From positions 3,864,008-3,928,007 of the forward strand of contig NW_002060943.1 in NCBI RefSeq assembly GCF_000150275.1: a DNA stretch of 64,000 nt. The letters run 5' to 3'. How positions within the stretch are numbered: position 1 is the first letter of the stretch; the number at the start of each line of letters is the position of its first letter. This document shows, piece by piece, positions 1-13,300 of this stretch. The DNA is from Trichoplax adhaerens. Taxonomy: Eukaryota > Animalia > Placozoa. The translations under genes and the position numbers were made by a program. The notes beneath the pieces are model-generated. The model was given only the letters and a program-made list of their open reading frames with translations, was not told the origin of the DNA and ran no database searches.

Positions 1-719
1 GACTTGCTTTATGCTATCTTATTTTAAGTCTAAGTATAATAGCTAGTTATTGTTGGTTATTATTTTATTGCTTTTTCTTTTTGTTATAGATTGCTAGTGA
101 AAACTACTAAAATAAAGTCGTAACCTAGAGTATGTTGTACTTTTTGCGACTATTCTTTTGAGGCTATCTAGAAGGGTAGTTCTAGATATTTTAAGCTACG
201 TAGATAGTTGTGACAAGGACTCTCTCATAATAGAAAAACTTCTTATCCAAAGTCATTACTATAAAATACTATCAAAATAGCTGAAAAATATGCGTAAGGT
301 TTGTAAAGAATATAGAGATACACGCTATAAGTTATATCCCTGCTGTTCAAAGAATTCATGCTAAAATGGAATAATTTAAGTGATAGCTTTATCAAATTTT
401 ATCATACTTTATATTTAAACTATATGGAATATAGAGGAAAGAATATAGAAATTATTATAGAGATAAAAGTTGTATCTCTACCGTTTAGCAAGTTCATACC
501 GTATGTAAACTAGAATAGAATAACTGAAGTGATAATGCTGTCAAATTATGATCATAGTTTACATCTAAAGTATGCTTTGATACAAAACTTGATAATCAAA
601 ATACATTAGAAACCATCTAATCCTACACCTTATGGATCACTATCGATTGGGTACTAGGTTAATACAGAGTATGAGTAAAGCGATAATTGGCTATCGCAAT
701 TATTCAAGAGTTTTCATTA

Positions 720-1080
720 CGCTTATAAATTATAGAGACGCTTCAACAAAGAAGATTTAGTAATTCTCAACTTTTCGGTTAAGTAAAAGCTAAATTCTCT
801 ATGTACATCAATATAACAGCTCTGTTTTCAGCTGCAGAGTCAGTTATACTCCTTTTCGATTATACTTTTCAATACTGCAGTAGAATAGAGACTCTAAATG
901 CTAGGCAATCACGTCACCGTATGCTTATATATTATGGAGACACTTCAATGGAGAGGATTTAGTAATTCTCAGCTTTTTCGATAAGTAAAAGAAGCTGAAT
1001 TCTCTGTGTACTGTACATCGGCATAATAGCTCTATTTTCAGTTGTAGACTTAGTTATAGTCCCTTCTGATTATACTTTTT
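720..1080. repeat. Diverged direct duplication of ~150 bp (~720-870 and ~922-1080)
   Basis: Both copies share gagac(g/a)cttcaa...gatttagtaattctca...taagtaaaag...aattctct...tacatc...agctct.ttttcag...agttata...gattatactttt. Confidence 0.8.
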
Positions 1081-1429
1081 AGTAAATTATTATAGTACAT
1101 TACTGTACTTTCAAAAATAACCTCCAGAGCAGCGCGGGTTTTTTTTTTTTAAATCTTTGTTTAACCAGATTCATCTTTTGCGTTACTATTATAATATTCT
1201 AAATTTAACATAAAGATAATCTCATACCTATAGTAACTACATCAGAATTATTGATAGCCACAAAAATTAATACATATCTACGCATTAATCAGTACTTTAA
1301 AACATAATTATTTATATAATCACAGGATAAGACGACAAATAATTGACTTCTAAGATCTGAAATAATTTCAATCATAGTCCTCGCAAATATCACATTGGTA
1401 GGAATATAAGCATAGCAAGGGAATTTTCA

Positions 1430-1620
1430 TCAAGCAACCTATCCAGAATTTAGAGGATATGGTTGAGGATGTTATACTTCAGAGGATTCCATTTAGTCTT
1501 GCTAATCATAGCACTAATTTACCGTCAAGCAATCCATACAGAAATTAGAGAATATAGCTTAAGATGTCGTATTTTACAGTATTCTATTTAGCCTAGCAAA
1601 TCACAGTGCTGATCTACTAT
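1430..1620. repeat. Diverged ~95-bp tandem duplication
   Basis: tcaagcaa...agaa.ttagag.atat...gatgt...attc.atttag.ct.gc.aatca.ag starts at both 1430 and 1525. Confidence 0.7.
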
Positions 1621-2405
1621 TGCTATTCGACTAATTTAGGATGATATAAAGATAAAATATGTAGTAACCAATAGTCTCACCAACAATAATATTATTATAG
1701 CTATAGCACCTGATTTCTTAATGCTGTTCAATTGCTCGGCGTAGGTGTACGCATTGAAAATATTTTTCGTTACACTCTTCTTTTACCCCTTAAATATTGC
1801 ATGAAGGAGCGTCTAGTAAAGTTAGTATAATAATTTTCTGTTGTATGGTATTAAGAATAGCATACATACTCGTGTTAGTGTGAACTAAAGGTATTCCTTT
1901 CCTATTTTAACACTCCATCCACTTATAATTTCGTAAAGACTCCATTACTGAAAGTTAATGCTGACCAGTTCTACTAATTAAATTCCTTTGATCTCAGCTA
2001 TTTTGAAGGTAAATTAGTGCCATAGCAACGTAAATTAGACTTAGATATAGATTAAGTACAATAGTCTCATTTTTCCATTGGTTAATGCAAATTGAATAGG
2101 CATGAACAAATTCTATTTTGTTATCTTTTCTACGGACAAAAGATATCAAGATGACGCATTGCAATTGTAGCAAATGCTAGCACTATTTTAAAGTAGAAGG
2201 TTAATTTAAGTAGCATTAATAGCAACGCTTTTCGTCTTTTACCTCCCTCATCGTCTCTATAATCGTTAAGAAATAATCTCCCTCCATTATAGCTTTTTAA
2301 ACTCAAGACGAATAGTGTGTCGGCTAAATTCCCGTTATATTTATCATCTAAGGGCATTGAAAACTTGATAATGTAAAGTTAACAAGGAAATCAAGCTCAA
2401 CAGCC

Positions 2406-3434
2406 ATGGCCAATGAAAGCAACACAACATTATTACATATCCCAAGTACTTACCAAATTCTATCCGTTGCATTTATATCATTGATCATTACTATCGGAAG
2501 TATCGGCAATCTTGTTAACATTTATTTTATTTATAAAACACCATCGCTGCATAGCTTTAATAACATCCTTATAGCTCATTTAGCCATAAGTGATTTCTTG
2601 CAGGCAATATTAACACTACCTATGGCTATCTTGAACTCTTATTTACGCTTCAACAGCCCAATCATATTATGCCGGGCATTTGCGTTTACTCTTAACTTTT
2701 TGGTCATGGTTTCATTAGCAGCAACATCAGCAATTAGTATCGATCGTTATTTTGCTGTCATTTATCCTTATTCTTATTCGGCTAAAATGAAAATTAAGTA
2801 TATCAACATATTTATCGTATCGACCTGGTTGTCAGCAGCAATCACATCTGGAACTCCTTTACTTGGGTTACAACGCTACGGTCTAGGAGAATATTCATTT
2901 ATCGCTGATGGCTTACAATGCTGGTTTGATTTTCAGCATCATCAAAAAAATAGAATTGCCTTCATAGCTACCTTTGTTTACATCGTAGCAGCTATTTTAG
3001 TGACGATGACTTCCTATCTCGCTATATTTTACGTTGCCTGTCATAAAGGCATCACAGATGTATCTGTCGTAGGTTATGCATCGCTCAAGCGTTCTATTCG
3101 TACCACAGCATTGATAGTAGGCAGTAATTTAGCATGTTTTATACCTGTACTAGTTGGTGCTTCCATAAGTTATTTCACAAAGCGTGATTTACCTCCAGGA
3201 TTGACTGTCGCAGTCTATCTTCTAACATTCTTTAATCCCGCCATTAATCCTGTTATTTATGCCTATACCAACGAAATACTCCGTAGGAAAATAAAACAAT
3301 ATTGTTACTGTCCCTGCAATCCACGCTTTAGGCAAATAAAAGTTCGTAGTAACACTACAATGAGTTCATTATCGTGTCCCAATCAGTTAAGTCAAGAAAG
3401 TAATTTTATATTAAATCAATCGATAACTGTGTAA
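2406..3434 (+). CDS. Intronless rhodopsin-like (class A) orphan GPCR, paralogue 1, 342 aa
   Basis: Seven hydrophobic segments. TM1 GN, TM2 LAISD, TM3 C...AISIDRY, ECL2 QCWFDF, TM6 CFIP, TM7 NPVIY. N-terminal N-glycosylation sequons (NES, NTT). Confidence 0.95.
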   Translation: MANESNTTLLHIPSTYQILSVAFISLIITIGSIGNLVNIYFIYKTPSLHSFNNILIAHLAISDFLQAILTLPMAILNSYLRFNSPIILCRAFAFTLNFLVMVSLAATSAISIDRYFAVIYPYSYSAKMKIKYINIFIVSTWLSAAITSGTPLLGLQRYGLGEYSFIADGLQCWFDFQHHQKNRIAFIATFVYIVAAILVTMTSYLAIFYVACHKGITDVSVVGYASLKRSIRTTALIVGSNLACFIPVLVGASISYFTKRDLPPGLTVAVYLLTFFNPAINPVIYAYTNEILRRKIKQYCYCPCNPRFRQIKVRSNTTMSSLSCPNQLSQESNFILNQSITV

Positions 3435-3509
3435 ATTCTCGAAGAAAGGCACCCTTCATATCATTACTGATCTAATGAAGCACGGAATGAATACTTACAA
3501 CAGTATCAA

Positions 3510-4338
3510 CCAGACTGGAAGTGACATAAATCAAGCTATGATTAATACGAACAAACTTTAAATAAGGATTAATGTATTAGAAAGTTTTATTAAAAAGCAA
3601 AATTACCTCTAAGTATTTACCATCTTATAGAGTGGCTCAATGACCAGCAAAGGATTAATTTGTACTACCATTTCAGGTTAAGACTACGCCAATAAAATAT
3701 ATTACAAAGTAATAACGAAAATCTGAAGTTACATTGTAACTTATATTAAAATTAACATCTCTCAGGACCTCAGGAAAAACTCTAAAAATTTATTTATCAA
3801 TTATGAGTAATTAGAACGGTAGTAAATTTTGCTCAAATATCCAAGGATAGTGTTATATTAATCTAATATAATAATTAACAAACATTATCGTATATATCCT
3901 ATCCAGTAAGTTACTTATTTTGAATTTACTATCAAAAATAATTCCTTTGTAATTCATTTTTATATTATTGACATTTAATACTTCATTTTAACCAGACTTA
4001 AAGTGACGTAAAACAAGCCACGATAAACAGGAACTAAATTTATCAAGGATTAACTGTATTAGAAAGTTTTACCAAATAGCAAAATTGCCTCTGACTATTT
4101 ATCATATTATAGAGTACTTCCATTGCCAGCAAAGCAATACGTGTACTGACATTTCAGGTTAAGACTATTCAATAAAAAATATAACAAAATAATAACTTAA
4201 GTTTGGAAGATTGTAACTTAAGTTAAATCAATATTTCCTAGGATCTCAGAAAAAACTCTACAAATTTATCTGTCAATCATGACTAATTAGAACAGTAGTA
4301 AATTTTGCTCAAATATTCAAGGATAGTGTGAGATTAAT
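3510..4338. repeat. Diverged ~350-bp direct duplication downstream of GPCR 1 (~3510-3862 and ~3992-4338)
   Basis: Colinear shared blocks: ccagact...agtgac, aaggattaa...tgtattagaaagtttta, catttcaggttaagacta, aaaaactcta, taattagaac.gtagtaaattttgctcaaatat.caaggatagtgt. Confidence 0.9.
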
Positions 4339-7300
4339 ACCTGAAATTATGCTTCGATAAAAAGTAAAATTATACCAAGTAAAAATATAGAATAATTAAT
4401 ATTACTGGGCAATGAAGAGATGCTCTAATATTAAAGCGAAAGGATTATCGATCTGACTATTGGTTGATTCAATGACTTATAGCTATTCATAATATTGAGT
4501 ATAACGCTAAATCAAGATAATCTTATCTACTAAATTTTACGCTAAAATTCGGCCTAAAAAATATTTATTTTGTAGGGAATCAATAATCAGACAAAAATCA
4601 TATGCAACCAAGCACAATTCTATAACCTGCAAATTCAGGACGAAACTGACTAATACCACTTAATGCTCTTTAACTTTCAAAAAGAATATAAGTCTGTAGG
4701 GACATACTTGCACTGCATTTGGAGAAATACAATTTAAATTACTCCAGTCAATTTATAGACCGAACATAATAAATTTAAGCTATTCTATAATCATGTAAAC
4801 CACGCATACTGAACCTGATCTAGCAATATAAAATCAAAAAATTAAAATTTACAAATCACTTCTAATCATTATTAGTCACACAAATAACAAAAATTCTAAG
4901 ATACCCGTATCTTGGAATCTTATCAATGGAAATTTTACAGAATAGCTGGTTCCATAAATGTACTTTTATGTACAGCAGAGTGCTTGAAGAAATAATTCCT
5001 CCAAATTTTTATCTCAATCCCTCTTTTATAAACATTTTTTGGTATAATTTTAATAATGCTATATTTTAACCCATTAATATCTATATGGCAGCTATAATTC
5101 TGAATTATGCCTTTAGATAAAAAATTTAGATTGCATTTTAATTTTCTAATGTAACTTCACATGTCGCATTGGCAATCACGACTAATTTATGTAATTTTAA
5201 ACCTTCTAACCGTATATATAGGCCTCGGGATAATGAATTACCATATAATCATAGCGCCTTTGTACTCCCTTCACTTTTAATCGTTTAATAGCATTGTTAT
5301 CTATATATTTTAATATGCCAGTTTCTTTCATAATCTAGCTATATGATTCTAACTTCATATTTTCTGAAAATTGATACGAAATTACTTTAAGCTAATTGAT
5401 TAACCATGTCTTCATATTTCCTTATAAGAGTTATAATAGTGCACATAGTTTCTCGTTTCACCGTTTTTCCCTTCCTACATGAAGTAATTCAAGGCATAAG
5501 CTAAAAATTTTATTCTCAAAAACTCATGCATAAAATTTGTATTCTTTTCAAGTTCTCAAAGCTATATAATTCTAAGTATAATGCAAGGTTTATCCAAAGC
5601 CAATTTGCTAAGCTTGATACTAGACAGAAAGCTATTAGTCATAAAGATAAAGTATCATCTTAGCTCTAAAATAATCTATCCATTTATTGCTACGATAAAA
5701 ACATTTATCATAAATCCGAATTGTGTATTTTACTTTGTGTTAGCCATGACAACTTCATATCACAATACATGGACGACCACTTTTACACAGTAAATCAATA
5801 GCAAAGGTTGAATACAACCTGAATCCCATTAAAGAGTATTTGTATAATTTCAGCATTTTAACACCAGTCACGAAATTGTGATAATCAGTCTGGATCTTCG
5901 ATATTCCTTTTGTTCCATTCATATAAAGCACAGATTAATAATGCTGAAATAGCCTTAATATAATCAAACTAATAGATTGTAGGGGGTATGAATATGATTT
6001 CTAAACTAAAACAATAATAGAATACAGAGATAAAACCCTGAAAAGAAATTGTGTAATATTAGCAATAAGATGATATTCTCTATTTTTAAGCACTATGTTA
6101 CTGCTTTAATTCAAAATTAATTGTATTTCAGTACAATTAGACTATTTTAATATATTATTTGATTTTTAGCTATAAATATTGCTATTTTAACTTAAACTAC
6201 TGCTACGTCAATAAAAGTAATTTTATAATTTGAGAGTAAATCACGAAACCATCAAGTACACATATAATATATGATCCATTACATGCAGTGCGCTAAAATG
6301 AAATTTTGAAATCGATTGAGATATTATGTAGGGTGTACCGTTACAAAAAGAATGGAATGATCACCTTAAATACTTACTTAAGCTGTCTTTATATCCTAAT
6401 TTTTAGATTTGCTGTAACAATGGTAAATAACAGTTAAACTAGTAACAGCTGGGCTTAATTCCCACGTAACCTGAAATAAGCACAGGATTTTACTATTCAC
6501 AAAGAACCATACGCAAATTTACCGAGCTATGCTGATCAACGTATCATAACTATCCTATTTTGCGCTAAATCAAACTTTAAAAGGGTACCAAAAATTATTA
6601 GACTATTTTGATCTATTGGTAACTTGCAATAAATACACAATTTACGGTATTAATATTTTGCACAAGATTTACTGCTTATTATCTAATTTTAGCAAAGAAA
6701 TGAATCCTAATTAGCTGAAAGATGAAGTTAATCTAATCCACAAATCTTATACACTGATATCGAAGAAACTTCTCAGCTATCAGATTTCGTCTTTAATCTA
6801 AAGAATTTTGTTACCACATTATTCAATTCAATACTGCAGTGGAAATTTAATTTATGACAAATAATATCGTAATTATGCATTAGTAATCCTATAAGTAAAG
6901 AATGATTGTAAAAGTCGGATATAGCTGCCGGTAAAATTGTGATTAGTTAAAGATTAAAGTAGAAGATCGATAATTGCTATTTTTATTCACCCATCAAAAT
7001 AGGCTTCAAAACTTTTACAAAATAATTATTGCCTAATTTTAAATATTGATCATAGCAGTTTCATCTGATTACGGAACAACATGAACTAATACCTTTTTGT
7101 AAGTGTGTATGCAAATTCGAAAGCTAATTATTATTCTGTGATGTCTAATTTAATGCCTTAATCCAATGTTATTGAAATATATTATGGGGTCAAGTTATTC
7201 ATAAGTCAATCTCACACTTTACCTAACGTTCATTACTAATAATAAATATCATACATTCTTGTCACATACTTCGGTCATTTTAGACTAAGTTCATGCTGTA

Positions 7301-10256
7301 TCCATTTGAAGTGATTTTATTCGTTATTTACCTAAAGTGCATAGAGATTATTTATTGGTTCCTATCATGAAGTATGAATTTAAAACCCTGAAATAACAGC
7401 TGCTGATTCTGATATGAGTAAATATAAAGAGTAAATGACCTTATAGTAAATATCAACTAGTTCCTATCTTTAATTCTATTTGGTTGTTTAGTGAACTCTA
7501 ATACCTAATTTTAGAATTCTGACGACTACAGCTCATTACTTTCCCTTTACATAAATGATTATGTTCGAGTAAAATAGGATTCTAATTAATTAAGGGCTAT
7601 TCCATACAAATACGATCTTGCACTGTATGCAATTAATGACCTATCCCCGACTAGGTATTTTATCAATCGAACAGTAGTCAGCCAAGTAAGAATATACACA
7701 AGTAAAATACTGTAAATAAGAATAATTTCAATATAAAGACCGAGCCATACACAATAGGAAGACATTAACTTATCGCCATCAATAGTACCTTGTTACCAAA
7801 ATTTGTTTGTTAGAGTTAATTAAGATACTGTTATGTAACGAAAGCTAATTTTTACAATTCTCCTTCAATATTTTAAAGATTTTTGTATTGTAATAAGTAC
7901 ACTAGCTTTAAAAAATAACTAATTTGGTTGGATGACAGTAGATACTACTTAGTATCTTAGTACAGTACATTAAGAATTCGATTACATTATTCGAGTCAAA
8001 ATTTAGCAATATCCGGTAGCATAATTTTGTTATGAATTATAAAATGTAAGATTGTAATTTAAGCGATATACGTATTAGTGAGTGTAACAGTTGTGCTTCA
8101 GTTATGATATAACTGATAGCTAACTTTGATCATAAAATACAGTAGAAGTTAGATTACTTTGCCCATTGATTACAACGTAACCCCGAACATTTTGATCTAA
8201 GTTCTAATTTAAGATCGCTGGTCTGTCTTAATGTATTTCATAGTTATATGCGTATGCTACATACGGTGGAAAGATACAATTGGTATCAATTTAGTAATTT
8301 CGGGAATCTAGGGTAAAATTTATGTTGTCATATGCGATTAATTGTCAGTTTAATTTAGACTACTTAAGACTAATGAATTGATAGTCTGACATCATTAACT
8401 TTTCTGCATAGAATATATGAGGTAGCATGGTTCAGTAGTTGAGTAGTTAAAATTAGTAATATCAGAAGTTATAGATTAGAATTTTCCTAAAAGTCGTGAA
8501 TAGTCTTATTCCTTTGATAGTTTGGTTGGTCAAGGTAGTAATTCTTTTAAGCAATTTTATATGATTGTTGTTAAAAGTTATGATAAACTGTTTTTTTCTA
8601 CTTAATTTAACTTAAGTTGGAATTCAAAGTTAGTAGTATTAATAATTTCTATATCTACTATGACTGTTAATTAAAGAATACTTCTGATATTAGTATTTAT
8701 TATTTATAGATGGTGATTGCGGCAGCTCCTTCACGCATGACTTAAGTTTGGAAAGTAAAGTCTAGACTTAGAAATTATGGCTATAGCAAAAAGTACCATA
8801 ATTTTCTACCGGTAAATAGCTAACTAATTTCATCACTTTAACATAAATCAAAGAATTTTAGTAGCAATGACGTTAAAAGTCTACCCGTAATAAAATAAAT
8901 ATTTCTCTGTTAATTGATTTCGCCTAGTTTATTCAAAATTACGGCGTAGATAATAAATTACACGATAACAGATAACATTACAATATCTAGATTTCGAAAT
9001 CAATACCGCTACTTTTTTGTCAAACTATTTCAACATCGGGGCAAGATTATATTCTAATAATATGCTATTTAGCGGTAAACGCAACGTACTGAAGTTTGCT
9101 GCGTCGATGCGCTCTCCCAAACTACGTGTATACGGGTATGTTTAGCAGCTAAATAAACTAAAGATTGAAGAATGACATTTCCAAATTTTAATCACGATCA
9201 TATCAGTAATGATCATGCACCTGTAGTAGTTTCAGCTAATTACAGCAGTAATTGAAGTACGGCAGCATTAAGAAGTAGGATAGTCTACTATGCTTATAAG
9301 GTAATTTAATGATTGCTGATGATGAAATGGTATACTTATATCATTCGTACTATGTGCGTGTAATGACCTTATGTAACGTTAGAGATTTGCGCAATTTTAA
9401 TAACCCAGATTTTGAGTAAGACGATTGCGGACCTAGGGAGTTGTAAAACCCAAGCACTACAGCACCACAACCAAAATAAATTCAAGTCTAAGCAGCGCTA
9501 AGCTACTAAATCGATCTTGTCAACACTAAATGCTTTGTTTTATCCGAATATACAGTGTTTGATACCATATATATGTCTTATTGTTGCACCATTTTACATT
9601 AGCTTATCTAATCCAGACCTTCAGTGCCTTTAATTAAACTTTCGAAATCAGTTGTTTTGATGAACAGAAATATAGATCCGACCACGATTCATAATGTCTT
9701 AGCTAAGAAAAATGTAATATCTTTTATCATTCACACTAAACATTAAACATCCTTTACTCTAACTTCAGGATTATATATATGTAGTAAAAGGACTAAAAGT
9801 AGAGTCCTTTGTAGTTTTTAGTATGTAATTAGTATTATTTTACTATACAGAATACCTACAAAGTGATAGTGTCTTTAAGTTTTACCCTGCCAAATCATCA
9901 TGTCGCCATCTTTTCTTCTTCATTATTTTACAAGGTATTATATAGATTACTATAGAAGTAGCCCTATAGAGCAAATGCCTAATCTAAAGAAAGGGCGTTT
10001 GATCGTCTATTCAAATTGTAAAGAAATTTGACTTAGTAGCAAAACCCTATCCTTAGAGAAAGGGGATTTATAACATGACGATAAAGTACTGTAATGTAGT
10101 CTATACTCGTACAGTTACAGTACAATCTGACGCTAAAACATCAACTGTCAATACTCGCGAATACTAAGCGGTACTAATGTCAGAAAAGTAGTCGTAGTAG
10201 TCATATAAATTTTTTTGATAAGCGATACTGTGATCTTCATAAAAAAACGAATTTTT

Positions 10257-10385
10257 CCGGATTTGTGTCCGATATAGTTTTCGGATTCGGGGACCGGTCG
10301 GGTTTGTGTCCGATATAATTTTCCTGTTTTGGAACCGGTCGGGTTTATTTTTAATTTATGTCTGAATTATAATTTTTCTGTTTTA
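10257..10385. repeat. 41-bp tandem repeat (two copies plus a degenerate third) at the edge of a C-depleted island; possible mobile-element remnant
   Basis: tttgtgtccgatatagttttcggattcggggaccggtcggg (10262-10302), tttgtgtccgatataattttcctgttttggaaccggtcggg (10303-10343), then tttatgtctgaattataatttttctgtttt. Confidence 0.75.
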
Positions 10386-13300
10386 ATTTTTGGATTTTTG
10401 TTCATGAAAAATATCGTAAGAGTTGATTTTGAGATTTGGACTTTTTGTTATGAATTTGAAACTTTGGAATTTTATGACGTGACTTGAAGTCACATTAGGA
10501 GATTTAGTGAGGAAAATAGAAAATAAGATGGAAATTGGCAGAGGTTGTGTTGATTGTTAGGTAGTTAGAATGTTGTTTTTATGACTAAATCTTGATGTTT
10601 AAAGGTTGATTTTTAGCTTTTTATAGTGTATTAATGATAGAAATTATGTTAGAAATGAAGTTTGATGTATTTTTATAGTTAGCTTATTACTTTTATAGTG
10701 TTTTGTAAGGGAATCGTAGGGTAAATTGTGTCTGAACTTTGAATGATTTTTGTTTTCTTAACTGGTGCAAAGTAGTTTTGTAAAACGGATCTTAAGAGCG
10801 ATTGGTTAGCAAATGTTTAGTTTTAAATACCTCTGACGGCTCTACGAAGCCTATAAATGATAGTGCAATTAGAAAATTTAGAGAGAGAGTAGAAGAAGAT
10901 TTTATTTGAAGAACTTGTTGAATTTAAAAGGCCTTCGGGGTCGAATTGTCGTAAGTTAAAACGTTTTTCTTTTTGAAAGGTTGTTTGGTCGTTGACAGTT
11001 TTTAAGTCTGTCATTTATTTTAATAATACTTAAAGCTAAGTATTTGTGCGGTTGTTCGGTTTATACTTCTCTCCATTTTTGTTTTGAAATAAATTGTTGT
11101 TCGGTTATTTCCCCAAATTTTATTTGGTGTCAAAGTATTAGCGTTAAGTCGACCGGAGTGCAACGAAAGTAGAATCAAAGTTTGTTAAAGTTTCGTAGCT
11201 TGATCTCTACACATTTCATTTCATTACATATAGTTCAGTTGCCGCATATCTATAACAGTTAATTTAATGAGGCTCTAAAACACACTCTCTATAGTGAAAA
11301 AGGACAATAACTACTATTACTGATTAAGCGGTTCTTGATCATTGTAACTTTAGTAATTTATTAACAGAATCGCTGTAACTGCAATTACTCCTAATATTAT
11401 TACTGATTATATATGATAATTTCATGGGTTATGTGTTCAATATAATGTATTGTCATTGTGTAAGACTGCGATAGAAGTTATCAAAGTATTGAAAAGCATA
11501 TACAAACTTCAAAATGATTTTGGAAGTTGGATGCTTTAACTGTACCTATCAGATACTGTACTATCATATATGAAGATTTTAGCTAATAGTAGTAGCTTTA
11601 CTAAGGTAAAATATGTATTAACCAGAATAGGATTGAAATTTATTTTACCTATTTTATTACATTATTTTATTTAAGAATTAAATTTTTTATGTTAATGAAA
11701 CGATACTGGTATAAGCATTTAACTTAATGACTATGAGAGAGGTGCTTTCATAAATATTAAAAAGGTGATAATAACTATTATGAATCTTTCCTGCAGTACA
11801 TAGTCAGAATGAATGAATGAATTAATACCGGTGCCTATTATCCGCTACATGGTTAGCTTCTTTAGCTTGGAAGAACCTACAGTCTTTGTATTGCTTACTA
11901 ATACTAACATAATTTATTTTCACCGCAAATAATCGCTAAGTTTGCCCATGCTAAGAGTTGCCAGAGTGCATTTAGTTACGTTTAGCATTACATTAAAATG
12001 TTTGATTGCTATTGAATCTATGCTCGCTATTAATTAATAACATGATTTTTGTTACAGATATACCAACCGTAATGACGAGAAATTAATAAAAGCAGTAGAA
12101 TTTACATTAACCAAGAAATAATTGTAATTTCCAAATTCTAATTTATAAATATATTATATAAAACACCCATTTCAGCGCTATTCATTAATCAGAGCATCAG
12201 TTACTTGATTAGTTAATTTCATTAGCTATCCGAAAGCATGATACCTTCTCCTTAAAATTGTGAGAATCTTTTCGGGTCTAAAATAAATTGTAAGTCAGAA
12301 AGCTGCATTCAAATTACTTTAAAGGACATTTCTAAGTTGACATATTAGTCAGATTGGATAAAAATTGTTAGGATGAGCCTTGTTCTAGATTTGAACATCA
12401 AAGATCTAATTTGAATTACTTTATTTCGTTATAACAGAATACTTACAGCTGAATAACGTAATGAAAGAATCGTGCATTTGTATCATGTATGATAAAACCT
12501 GAAATGTTAACGGAGAAAATAATGCCAATGAGTTCAAAATGTAATTAAATTAAATAGTGTACATTAAATATCGGTTTAGAATTGAAATTAACTCTTACTG
12601 CAATAAAAAATTCATTAAAATGGCAGAATGTGTATTATTGTAAATACAGCCAATTTCATTAATATTTGATTATAATTATTCATTTTGCATTAAAAGAAAG
12701 CAGCTTAACTACTTACAAATAAACAAGCTAACTAATTTTATCGCAAAGCGATGTATTCTGCAGACCTTTTCAATTAACTTTAAACGTAGAAATATTTCAT
12801 AAATAGATTTTTTACATCTGTCTAGTGCGGGTAGTTAGGCTACGGTCATAGTCTTTACACTATATCCATTGTTAACAGTCAGACAAGAAATGTGATCGTA
12901 GCTGTCTAGCACAAACTTTTTCAATATGAATTTAGCGTATAAAAGGTTTTTACTTGGCGTACTAGAAAAAGCATAACGGCCAGTACAACCCTATATAATG
13001 ACAAGAAAATATACCATCAGTAATAGACTTAAACTATCAACTTATTTCAAATAATAAACCGGATCCTTCATGTCTGCTACTTTCAGAATATGATGACTAA
13101 CTTACTAGCCTTATTACCGGTGTATTATAATCACTATACTAAAAGCAAAATTTTTGAAAGGCCAAGATTTAGTGATTTATAATGTCGGCAATGTTAAACG
13201 ACAAGTTAATTTTAGAAATTATTTTAATAACAATTACACTGTAAAAAATCTCATAAAATCTTTACAACAACTCCCTAACTCATCAAATGCTGTTATTACG

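Noticed and set aside
8457-8692. 13-bp inverted repeat (taatatcagaagt/acttctgatatta) suggesting a MITE
   Set aside because: Short and AT-rich, with no clear target-site duplication or second copy in the window.
10823-11014. 63-aa ORF as a transposase or viral fragment
   Set aside because: No recognisable motif; composition follows the local strand skew.
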